Below, piece after piece: positions 36,124 through 43,716 of a DNA stretch of 43,716 nucleotides. This stretch comes from Candidatus Woesearchaeota archaeon (GTDB lineage Archaea > Nanobdellota > Nanobdellia > UBA10117 > ARS21), in assembly GCA_038128845.1 (NCBI GenBank), contig JAYPKL010000004.1, forward strand, positions 1-43,716, in the 5' to 3' direction. A program made the position numbers and the translations under genes. The number at the start of each line of letters is the position of its first letter. Within the stretch, counting starts at the first letter, position 1. The notes below the pieces were generated by a model. That model searched no databases. It worked only from the letters and a program-made list of their open reading frames with translations, and was not told where the DNA came from.

Positions 36124-36211
36124 TATTAACAATAACAAGCATTATTCCTACTGCAACAAGGGATAATATTAGCATTATTATATAAGAATAAGTTGAATTT
36201 TGACCTCTCAT
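36110..36211 (-). CDS. 33-aa micro-pilin (not in ORF track)
   Basis: MRG|QNSTYSYIIMLILSLVAVGIMLVIVNNALK*; TATA-like TTTAAATA about 20 nt upstream. Confidence 0.7.
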   Translation of the reverse strand: MRGQNSTYSYIIMLILSLVAVGIMLVIVNNALK

Positions 36212-36255
36212 AGTTATTAAATCAAAAATTTTATTTAAATTAATCTATATACTTT

Positions 36256-36501
36256 TTAAGAACACTCGCCATAGACTTCCAAACAAGCATCTTCATTAAA
36301 TAAATCTAAATTTCCAACGGATTTAGCATTATTACAAGAAAGTAAACAAGATGCATAATTTGTATTTGTTGAATCTTGAAGTTCTGAAACTTCTTCAGAT
36401 AATCCGGAAAATCGACCAGAAAAGAATAATAACATTCCTACTAAAACAGATAATGCGATAATAAGTGCAATTATTGTATTGATACTAATTTGTCCTTTCA
36501 T
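36256..36501 (-). CDS. Pilin-like protein
   Basis: MKG|QISINTIIALIIALSVLVGMLLFF; C...C..AK and terminal Cys pair. Confidence 0.82.
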   Translation of the reverse strand: MKGQISINTIIALIIALSVLVGMLLFFSGRFSGLSEEVSELQDSTNTNYASCLLSCNNAKSVGNLDLFNEDACLEVYGECS

Positions 36502-36502
36502 A

Positions 36503-36871
36503 TTATATACCGCAATCAGTTTCTCCGTCAAAATAAACTAATGAACCTGAATCGGATCTTCCTGATCCGCTACATGATACGGATATTGGACTTTCATAAC
36601 AATTTAACTCTTCACCGTCAACAATAAATTTTTTTGAACAATATGATGAAGTTGGAAATGAATCAATTCCGGAATTTGATACTGAAGCTTTAGCAGTATT
36701 ACAAAGATTATTACAATTTGATTTGTATGTGTCAATTTTATCAGGGCTAGATTCGGACACTGATGAAAATAAGTTACCTAGTCCTCCGGTAGTAAATCCA
36801 ACTATTATAATTAAAGCTGAAAGAGCAATAATTAAACCAACAATAGTGTTTGTACTAATTTGTCCTTTCAT
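36503..36871 (-). CDS. Pilin-like protein (candidate major pilin)
   Basis: MKG|QISTNTIVGLIIALSALIIIVGFTTGG; C...C..AK, 6 Cys; first after the platform gene. Confidence 0.82.
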   Translation of the reverse strand: MKGQISTNTIVGLIIALSALIIIVGFTTGGLGNLFSSVSESSPDKIDTYKSNCNNLCNTAKASVSNSGIDSFPTSSYCSKKFIVDGEELNCYESPISVSCSGSGRSDSGSLVYFDGETDCGI

Positions 36872-36901
36872 ATATATAATGTTAAATCTTATTTATATGT
36901 T

Positions 36902-38902
36902 TTATGCCAAAACTCCGGTGACTACTCCCGCCATTTGGGAAAATATAAAAGTTCCAATAAATGCAAGACCGCAATATAATAATGTGGCAATAATTATATT
37001 TTTTGAAAACATATTTTCAAAATCTAATTTACTTGATCCGTTTATAATTCCAGATACTAAATTTGTCAATAAATATATTGCTTGAATTATATAAATTCCA
37101 ATCATTAATTGTAAAATAAATGGTGGTACGGCGACATCTACTTGAAATATATTTGTAATTCCAGTTCCAATACCTTGACTTTCTATATCTCCGGCGTTAA
37201 AACCTTCTAATTGATTACTCAAATTAAGTAGAACTTTGGTTACTAATACGGAAAGGCTTACTACAAGTGCAGACATTACTGGTGCTAAAAAAGATATTTG
37301 CATTTTCATACTCGATAGAGAGTCTGATAAAAGATCAAACATTCTTTCTTTAAGTTGATGCATTTTTTGAAGATATAAAGAAAGTGTTGTCATAGAATCT
37401 GCAGTAATTTGAGAACCTTTTTTTGAAGATTCTATTAAGATTTTCATAACAGATTCTATTAAAGGTGAAGGATATTTAGTTAACGCACCAATTTCATTAT
37501 TAAAAATTGAATCTTCTAAATTCATTCCTCTTTTTCTTATGTTATCATCAATAATTGTGAAAAAATTATTAACTTCAGAACCTTTTGTATTCTCAACCAT
37601 TTTTGAAAAAGCTGCCTCAGTAGGAATATTTTGACTAATTAGATTACCTAATTGAAAAATTGCAGAAGAAAATTCATCTTCAATTTTTTCTAAAGATTTT
37701 TTTGAATTTATTAAGTTCTTTGTTTTATAATTATAATAGACAAAAAAAGAAATACCTATTGAAAATATTATTAATAGAGATATATAAAAAACACTATTTT
37801 CAAATTTATAAAATCCCCAATTATCAGAACCTGCAAACCATAATAAAATTAACGTTGCAGGTATTGCAATAACTGAAAATAATAAACCTGAAACTAATTT
37901 CAGTCTTCCAGTATGCATATTTCTTTTATCTAAAATAGATGTTGAAACGCCTCCTGGACGAGTATTCAATATTTTTTTAGAAATTAAAAATACAATGACT
38001 GGTAAAAATAAATTATAGGTAAAAATTAAAGGAATTGGTTTGATTGTATCTGCTAAGAATGCAGACACCATTGGCATCATTATCAGCATTAAAAGAGGCA
38101 TTACTATACCTAACATATTAACTGTTTGTATGGGAGATTGTAAATTATGTGCATAATGAGTAAGATTATCTTGAACTCCGGTTGTAATAACTTCAGTGGA
38201 TTTTTCTAAAATTTTTTTTGCTTTATTTGAATCTGATTCTTGTAAACTTGATTGAATTAGATGTATAGATTCAACAAAAGCAGGTTCTGAATCTTTCCAA
38301 GTTTCAATATAATAATTTAAAGAATCATCAATTGTTTGATATTTTCCCGTTTCAACATCCCATAATATTTTAATAAAATCAATAGAAAGCGGAGCAGGTA
38401 TTTGATTTGCAACAAATAAAATTGCTCTTTCTAAATTTGAATCTCGCTTCATATATATTACAATATATAAAACTGCAATTAGTAATTGGTCTGAAGCCTT
38501 AGCTCTCCAACTTTCAAAAATTAATTTAGGCATATTTGAAAGATAATAAATTAAAAATAATGATGTAGCAATACTTGCAAAACCAAAAAAATATTGTCCT
38601 AAAAAAATAAGCGGAATTGCTAATATGAAAAAAGGAATGGCAGAAAGAATTGCCAAAGACATAACTCCATTCGGATCAATGTTTAAATGAGCTAGTTGAA
38701 TGTATTTTTGAAGATTTGGTAAATCTTTTTCTGAAGGTTTTAATTTTAATATTTTGGAACTAAAATTTACAAATTTTTCATATCTACCCGATAAAACTTT
38801 TTTATTTTCTTGTAAAAATGTTTGATACTCTTTTGAATATGAAATATTTTTTTTTGAAGGATTATTAACTTTATTTAATCTTTCTTCGAATTCATTAGCC
38901 AT
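36902..38902 (-). CDS. Type IV pilus/T2SS membrane platform protein (TadC/FlaJ-like, duplicated domain)
   Basis: Two cytoplasmic domains (YMK...NLERAI; E.EFSSA.FQLGN...PTE.A) alternating with TM bundles; follows the ATPase. Confidence 0.85.
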   Translation of the reverse strand: MANEFEERLNKVNNPSKKNISYSKEYQTFLQENKKVLSGRYEKFVNFSSKILKLKPSEKDLPNLQKYIQLAHLNIDPNGVMSLAILSAIPFFILAIPLIFLGQYFFGFASIATSLFLIYYLSNMPKLIFESWRAKASDQLLIAVLYIVIYMKRDSNLERAILFVANQIPAPLSIDFIKILWDVETGKYQTIDDSLNYYIETWKDSEPAFVESIHLIQSSLQESDSNKAKKILEKSTEVITTGVQDNLTHYAHNLQSPIQTVNMLGIVMPLLMLIMMPMVSAFLADTIKPIPLIFTYNLFLPVIVFLISKKILNTRPGGVSTSILDKRNMHTGRLKLVSGLLFSVIAIPATLILLWFAGSDNWGFYKFENSVFYISLLIIFSIGISFFVYYNYKTKNLINSKKSLEKIEDEFSSAIFQLGNLISQNIPTEAAFSKMVENTKGSEVNNFFTIIDDNIRKRGMNLEDSIFNNEIGALTKYPSPLIESVMKILIESSKKGSQITADSMTTLSLYLQKMHQLKERMFDLLSDSLSSMKMQISFLAPVMSALVVSLSVLVTKVLLNLSNQLEGFNAGDIESQGIGTGITNIFQVDVAVPPFILQLMIGIYIIQAIYLLTNLVSGIINGSSKLDFENMFSKNIIIATLLYCGLAFIGTFIFSQMAGVVTGVLA

Positions 38903-41136
38903 TTATTTAACCAATCCTCCCATTCGGAATAAATTTTATCTGGATCTGTTTTTTGATATCGATCATATACTTCTTTACTTATTTTATGAAACATATCATT
39001 ACAAAGAATAGTAAATTCAGCTTCCAATAAAGATTCATTATTCTCTGAAATTTCTACGATTTTACTTTTTATTTTAGATCTCAACAAAATATTATTATAA
39101 ACTGCATCCCAATCGCCTGCCCATTCTGGAATCTTTGATGCAATATTTTTTAGAACTTCAGATTCTCCTTGAATTAATGCGTCCGTTGGTTCTAATTCAT
39201 CAGTTTCAGGATTATAAATCATTAAATCTAAAAAGCCATTTTCTTTTAATGGATCGTCAGTCCATTCTTTTTTAACTTCAGCAATTTGAACAATACGCTT
39301 TTTTCTGTCAAGACCCGATGCGGTTTTTACTGGATTTGCAACAACTATTATATCTGTAGCTTTAAATGAAGTTTTTGGAACATTTAAATCATTCACAACT
39401 CTATCAAAAATAGAATAAGGAGAATCTCCGTGAATTGTTCCCATAACAACATTTGCTAATGCACCAACTCTCATTGCCTCATATAATGCTGTGGCTTCTT
39501 TGCTCCTAACTTCTCCAACTATTAATGCTGAATCTCCCAGTCTTAATGCTGCTCGAATACCATCTTCTGCAGTTAGTTCTGCAGATCCTTGTGATAAAAC
39601 CGATTGAACTTTCATGGATTGTATATCATAATTTAATCTCTGATAACTTCTTATGGGTAATTCTAATGTATCTTCTATTGTAAGAATTCTTGTTGATCTC
39701 ATTAATTCAACTAATGATGAACTTAGAAAAGAAGTTTTACCTGAAGATCTTGTACCTGCAATAAGAATTGTTCTTGCTCCGTCAATTAAAAAACTAAGTA
39801 AACCTGCTGCAAGCGGATTTATCATTTTATTTTTTATAAATAGAGGATAAGTCCAAGGTTTTTCTCTATGTCTTCTAAATGAAAATGCCATACCGTCTGG
39901 GCTAATTGGTTGCTGAATGGCTGCAACTCTTGCAGTAGAATTTGGTAAAATTAAATTAGTATCTAAAACTGGATTTGCTTCGTCCAAAGGTCTACCGGAT
40001 ATTAACCTTAGTTTTGTGGCAATTGCTTCAGTTTCTTTCTGAGTTAGAGTAATATTAGTTCTACATTCTCCGTATTTTTGATGAACTATAGAAATCTCAT
40101 TAATATTAGATGGTGCATTTATAGAAATATCTTGAATATTATCATCCATTAAAATAACTTCAATAAGTCCGAAACCCAAAGTATATCTTACTAAAATCTC
40201 TGCAAGTTGATCAACTTCATCTTTAGTTAATTTAATTCCTTTAGATATACTTAAATCGTTAATTAAATCTTTTTCTACATTTTTGAATAATTCTCTGGTT
40301 TTTTCAGGATCAATAAATTCTGATTTTTGAGGTTTGTGTTCAGAAACTACTTGCTTTGCTTCTCCTAGAAGTAAATATTTATCTTCAGATAAACTCATTT
40401 CGGGAGGAACTATATGGTAAATTGGCCGAATACTTTCCTTTAAATCTAGAATTGATACTTTTGTTTTATCATTTAATGAATAAGATTCTAATATAACTGA
40501 ATCTGAGGGAATTTTGGTAATTAATTTTGCATATAAAAAATTTGGTTTAATGACTGGGCTAAAAATTCTTGAATAAATTTTCCTGTCATTGGGTTTATGT
40601 TCAGAAAAATAAGGCTGTGCCAATCTGATTAAATCTGTTTTTTCTAAAGAATTTTTTATATAATTTAATGTTTGTAAAAATGCTTGTCTTGATTTCGGAT
40701 TTTGTCGATTTGAAGTTTGTCCGAGTTTTAATTCTTCATCAATTTTTGATAAAAGTCTTAAATATACGCCTATTGGTTCTTCTCTTAAACCAAAATTTAC
40801 TATTGACTTTAAAAATTCAATACGATCTGGATACGGTTCTTCATCAGATATATCTCTTACAGAAGATTCAGAAAAAATTTTTTTATTCTCCAAATCCATT
40901 ATTATTGAAGCAATCTCAATAAGTATATTTGTTTGATCATATGGATAAATTACATCTTCTTGCTGCAAAAATTGTATTTGGTTTACTCTGCCTGATTTTG
41001 TAAGTTTATCTATTGTATCTGCCATAACTGAAGAATTATTTTCAATAGTTGGTGACTTTACGCTTTTTGAATAGTCTACTTCAAGAATTCTTTGTCCGGG
41101 TTTTTCTATAATTCTATATGGGTTATTTGAATCCAT
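38875..41136 (-). CDS. Type II/IV secretion system ATPase (TadA/FlaI/VirB11 family)
   Basis: Walker A GTRSSGKTS, TIEDTLEL Asp box, LRLGDSALIVGEVR, GTIHG; likely start MDSNN at 41136. Confidence 0.93.
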   Translation of the reverse strand: MDSNNPYRIIEKPGQRILEVDYSKSVKSPTIENNSSVMADTIDKLTKSGRVNQIQFLQQEDVIYPYDQTNILIEIASIIMDLENKKIFSESSVRDISDEEPYPDRIEFLKSIVNFGLREEPIGVYLRLLSKIDEELKLGQTSNRQNPKSRQAFLQTLNYIKNSLEKTDLIRLAQPYFSEHKPNDRKIYSRIFSPVIKPNFLYAKLITKIPSDSVILESYSLNDKTKVSILDLKESIRPIYHIVPPEMSLSEDKYLLLGEAKQVVSEHKPQKSEFIDPEKTRELFKNVEKDLINDLSISKGIKLTKDEVDQLAEILVRYTLGFGLIEVILMDDNIQDISINAPSNINEISIVHQKYGECRTNITLTQKETEAIATKLRLISGRPLDEANPVLDTNLILPNSTARVAAIQQPISPDGMAFSFRRHREKPWTYPLFIKNKMINPLAAGLLSFLIDGARTILIAGTRSSGKTSFLSSSLVELMRSTRILTIEDTLELPIRSYQRLNYDIQSMKVQSVLSQGSAELTAEDGIRAALRLGDSALIVGEVRSKEATALYEAMRVGALANVVMGTIHGDSPYSIFDRVVNDLNVPKTSFKATDIIVVANPVKTASGLDRKKRIVQIAEVKKEWTDDPLKENGFLDLMIYNPETDELEPTDALIQGESEVLKNIASKIPEWAGDWDAVYNNILLRSKIKSKIVEISENNESLLEAEFTILCNDMFHKISKEVYDRYQKTDPDKIYSEWEDWLNKWLMNSKKD

Positions 41137-41169
41137 ATTATTAAATAGAATAGATAGTTTATATATCAT

Positions 41170-41484
41170 ATGGCAGATTTACCTGAGACAAATATCATGG
41201 CAGAATTATCAAAAATAAATAGGCGACTTACGCTTATTGAAAATAGATTTTCAAATCTCAGTGATCAAGTAAATTTAATAGAAAATTCACTTAATGAAAA
41301 ACATGAAGCTTCTGGAAAAAATGTATCAAATATGGATCTCTCGTTAAAAGAATTAAAAGACAGAGTAAATAATTTTGAATTGGAAATAAAAAAATTTAAT
41401 GGAATAATTTCAAACTTTGCTTCAAAACAAGATGTAAAAATACTGGAAAGATATATAAATTTCTGGAACCCAATTAAAGAATAA
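41170..41484 (+). CDS. Coiled-coil protein with C-terminal ERYINFWNP motif
   Basis: Heptad pattern; divergent from the ATPase; coupled to next gene by TAATG. Confidence 0.75.
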   Translation: MADLPETNIMAELSKINRRLTLIENRFSNLSDQVNLIENSLNEKHEASGKNVSNMDLSLKELKDRVNNFELEIKKFNGIISNFASKQDVKILERYINFWNPIKE

Positions 41485-42041
41485 TGGCCTTATTTGATAA
41501 AAAAGATAAAGAAAATAATTTACCTTTGCCTCCGCCATATAATCCCAACTCAATGAATAATCCTATGCAAAATCAAAATATGAATAATATGCCACAACCA
41601 AATAATTTTCAAAATAGTTCTCCAGGAAATCCTTTTGATAAACTTCCTCCTTTAAATCAGACAAATTTATCTCAATTACCTGAGGTGAATAACACTAATC
41701 AAAAAGATCATACTGAATTAATGACTGAGGATATAGAAAAAATAACTGAATCCATAATCGGCGAAAAATGGGATAAAATAAATACTGAATTAAAAAATAT
41801 GACTGATTGGAAAAATGAATTAACCAAACAATTAGATTCTTATAAGAAAAAAGTTGAAGATTTAGAAAATAAACTATCTGAAACTCAAACTGCAATGATT
41901 GGAAAGGTTGATGAATATAATAAATCGATAGGTAATGTCAATATAGAAATTCAAGCAATGGGTAAAGTATTTGAAAAATTAATACCTGAATTTACTTCAA
42001 ATGTTAAAGAATTATCTGAAATTGTAAAAAAACATAAATAA
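41484..42041 (+). CDS. Pro/Asn-rich N-terminus + coiled-coil protein
   Basis: LPLPPPYNP low-complexity region; IE.I.ESII.EKW; AM.KVFEKLIP.F..NVKEL. Confidence 0.78.
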   Translation: MALFDKKDKENNLPLPPPYNPNSMNNPMQNQNMNNMPQPNNFQNSSPGNPFDKLPPLNQTNLSQLPEVNNTNQKDHTELMTEDIEKITESIIGEKWDKINTELKNMTDWKNELTKQLDSYKKKVEDLENKLSETQTAMIGKVDEYNKSIGNVNIEIQAMGKVFEKLIPEFTSNVKELSEIVKKHK

Positions 42042-42044
42042 TTT

Positions 42045-42650
42045 TTATTTTCCTGGCCTTCCGATTAACAAAGTTGCTCCAGTAAATATAAGTAATAATA
42101 CTATAACTGATAATATAGATGGATCATATATTGTTGCCAATCCTCTTGAAACTGGGTCTGAGCTAGGTGAGAACTCTGAAAGTAAATCTCCTTCTTGCAA
42201 ATCTGTAGAAGATCCTTTAGATACGGCAATTCCGTCTGCTTCAGTGGCTTGCTGAACAGTAGGTATTGCTGAAACAATAGCAATAATCAGTATAATTATC
42301 ATTACAACAAAAATAGCAGTATAAGATTCAGATTGTTTAGCTGCCGAAGCTATATCTTCTGTTTTAAGACCTAAGAAACTAAATATTAGCAATAATAATA
42401 TAATAACTGAAAATAATAATGTGGAACCTATTAATAAAATTCGAAATAAACTTACAATAGATGAAAAACTAATTAATGTAACTGAAATTGACAGAGCAAT
42501 CAATGCATTTATTGTTTTATTATCTCCTAATAATTCTTGACTAGATAAAACACCATATGTTCCTGCAAAGAATAAAATAAACGGAAATACAACATCAAAG
42601 AAACCTAAGTCTCTCATAACATCAATTCCAGAATTTAAGGTTACGGCCAT
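42045..42650 (-). CDS. Multi-pass membrane protein (GF.DV..PF.L.F family)
   Basis: LGFFDVVFPFILFFAGTYGVL, INALIALSI; about 5 TM. Confidence 0.78.
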   Translation of the reverse strand: MAVTLNSGIDVMRDLGFFDVVFPFILFFAGTYGVLSSQELLGDNKTINALIALSISVTLISFSSIVSLFRILLIGSTLLFSVIILLLLIFSFLGLKTEDIASAAKQSESYTAIFVVMIIILIIAIVSAIPTVQQATEADGIAVSKGSSTDLQEGDLLSEFSPSSDPVSRGLATIYDPSILSVIVLLLIFTGATLLIGRPGK

Positions 42651-42690
42651 AAATTATTTCTATTTAAAACAATAAAAAGATTACTTATTA

Positions 42691-43278
42691 CTATTCATCT
42701 TTTTTTGGTGAAGTTGATGCAGATTTACCTAAAATATAAATTACTGCAAGTGGGAAACCCAACACTAATGCCAAAGAAAGAATAGTCTCAAATCCTTCTC
42801 CTGAACTTGCAGCTGAAGCTCCAACCAAGAACTCAGATAATGGACGTATGAACGGTATTCCTGAGGGAACTCCCATATCAATTACTAATAAAAATACTAA
42901 AACTATTGTTAAATAAAATAAGTTTTTACCAAAAGTAATATTATCTCCGAACATAGGATTTCCAATAGGGTTCTTCAATCCTAATAAACCTAATACCATC
43001 ATAATTAATAAAACTATAACCAGCAAGAAACCTGCCTGAGGTATAACTCCCGCAATATAGTTAACGGCATCAGTTGACGTTATGAAAAATGCACCGATAG
43101 CAAGAGAAATTATTTGATTTACTGTTTTTGATGAGTCATCATTACCGAATAATTCTACTTTTTGCAATAGTCCGAAAACTAATGCATACAACAATACAAA
43201 TGGTAAAATAACTGTAAAAAATCCAAAGTCTTGCAATAATACTACTGCATTTTCTAAAGGATTAACTATTTGTACCAT
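42691..43278 (-). CDS. Multi-pass membrane protein, paralog of 42045..42650
   Basis: FGFFTVILPFVLLYALVFGLL, VNQIISLAI; about 5 TM. Confidence 0.78.
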   Translation of the reverse strand: MVQIVNPLENAVVLLQDFGFFTVILPFVLLYALVFGLLQKVELFGNDDSSKTVNQIISLAIGAFFITSTDAVNYIAGVIPQAGFLLVIVLLIMMVLGLLGLKNPIGNPMFGDNITFGKNLFYLTIVLVFLLVIDMGVPSGIPFIRPLSEFLVGASAASSGEGFETILSLALVLGFPLAVIYILGKSASTSPKKDE

Positions 43279-43323
43279 TTTAATTAATATATCGCTCTCT
43301 TAATATAAAGATTACTGAGATGT

Positions 43324-43716
43324 TTATTCTTCTTCATCGATGCTTATTAAGTATGCATTAATTTGTTCTTCCGTATAGTTATGATCTTTCCAATATGTAT
43401 CGATCAAATCTGCACTTCCTGTTGTTTTACATAACTTGGTAAATTTACTATGAACAGAACCTATATTAGTGTTTATCACTGTGTTTAATTTTGATTTTAA
43501 ACGATTACTCCCTCTTGGAAATTTACTTCCATAAATTTTATCTATTTCTTGAATCTCTGAAACTAAATTCTTATTTCTTAAATCTCTAATACGATGATAC
43601 TTCATTATTTTATCTAATTGATTCATTATTGCATTAATAAAATCTTGCTCCAAATTTGCTACTAGCGTCAATTCCTTTTTCAAGTCTTCATCTAAAGAGT
43701 TATCTGATTGTAACTC
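43324..43716 (-). CDS. Hypothetical protein, 5' end outside window
   Basis: Frame stays open to the window edge (ELQSDNSLDEDLKKE...). Confidence 0.55.
   Translation of the reverse strand, partial: ELQSDNSLDEDLKKELTLVANLEQDFINAIMNQLDKIMKYHRIRDLRNKNLVSEIQEIDKIYGSKFPRGSNRLKSKLNTVINTNIGSVHSKFTKLCKTTGSADLIDTYWKDHNYTEEQINAYLISIDEEE

Noticed and set aside
28348-41484. Interpretation of the locus as an archaellum
   Set aside because: No recognisable archaellin N-terminus, ArlH, ArlF/G or chemotaxis genes; the ATPase Walker A variant and pilin types fit a non-archaellar T4P
847-42283. Many short antisense ORFs in the track (e.g. 847-1092, 3606-3920, 5457-5846, 21375-21785, 35028-35426, 36723-37085)
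   Set aside because: They lie opposite well-supported genes, have F/L/I-rich composition typical of AT-rich antisense frames, and show no motifs

Overview
Very AT-rich, gene-dense archaeal chromosome segment. Gene content and the pilin/ATPase families point to a reduced DPANN archaeon (Nanoarchaeota/Woesearchaeota-like); this assignment is an inference. The left and middle parts are housekeeping: sepF, pfdB, pcc1, rpoP, rpl37ae, three intronless tRNAs (Gly-TCC, Arg-CCT, Thr-CGT), a standalone 5S rRNA, DEAD helicase, PINc ATPase, PAC2, Rpp21, an editing-less ThrRS, MC1, ogg, dut, a bacterial-type sufBDSUC operon led by an HTH regulator with a perfect 14-bp palindrome on its start, nth, tmk, pcn, tfs, rpoL, a split dph2 and rpl16. 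From about 28.3 kb to the end is a type IV pilus-like locus: secretion ATPase, TadC/FlaJ-like platform protein and 13 pilin-like genes. Four of these are too small for the ORF track, one has no leader peptide, and one is a ~790-aa giant with a helical region and Cys-bracketed hydrophobic hairpins. Most transcription units look leaderless, with a TATA box 20-23 nt before the start codon. No CRISPR array, transposase or integrase was seen. All calls come from motif recognition by eye; no database search was run.
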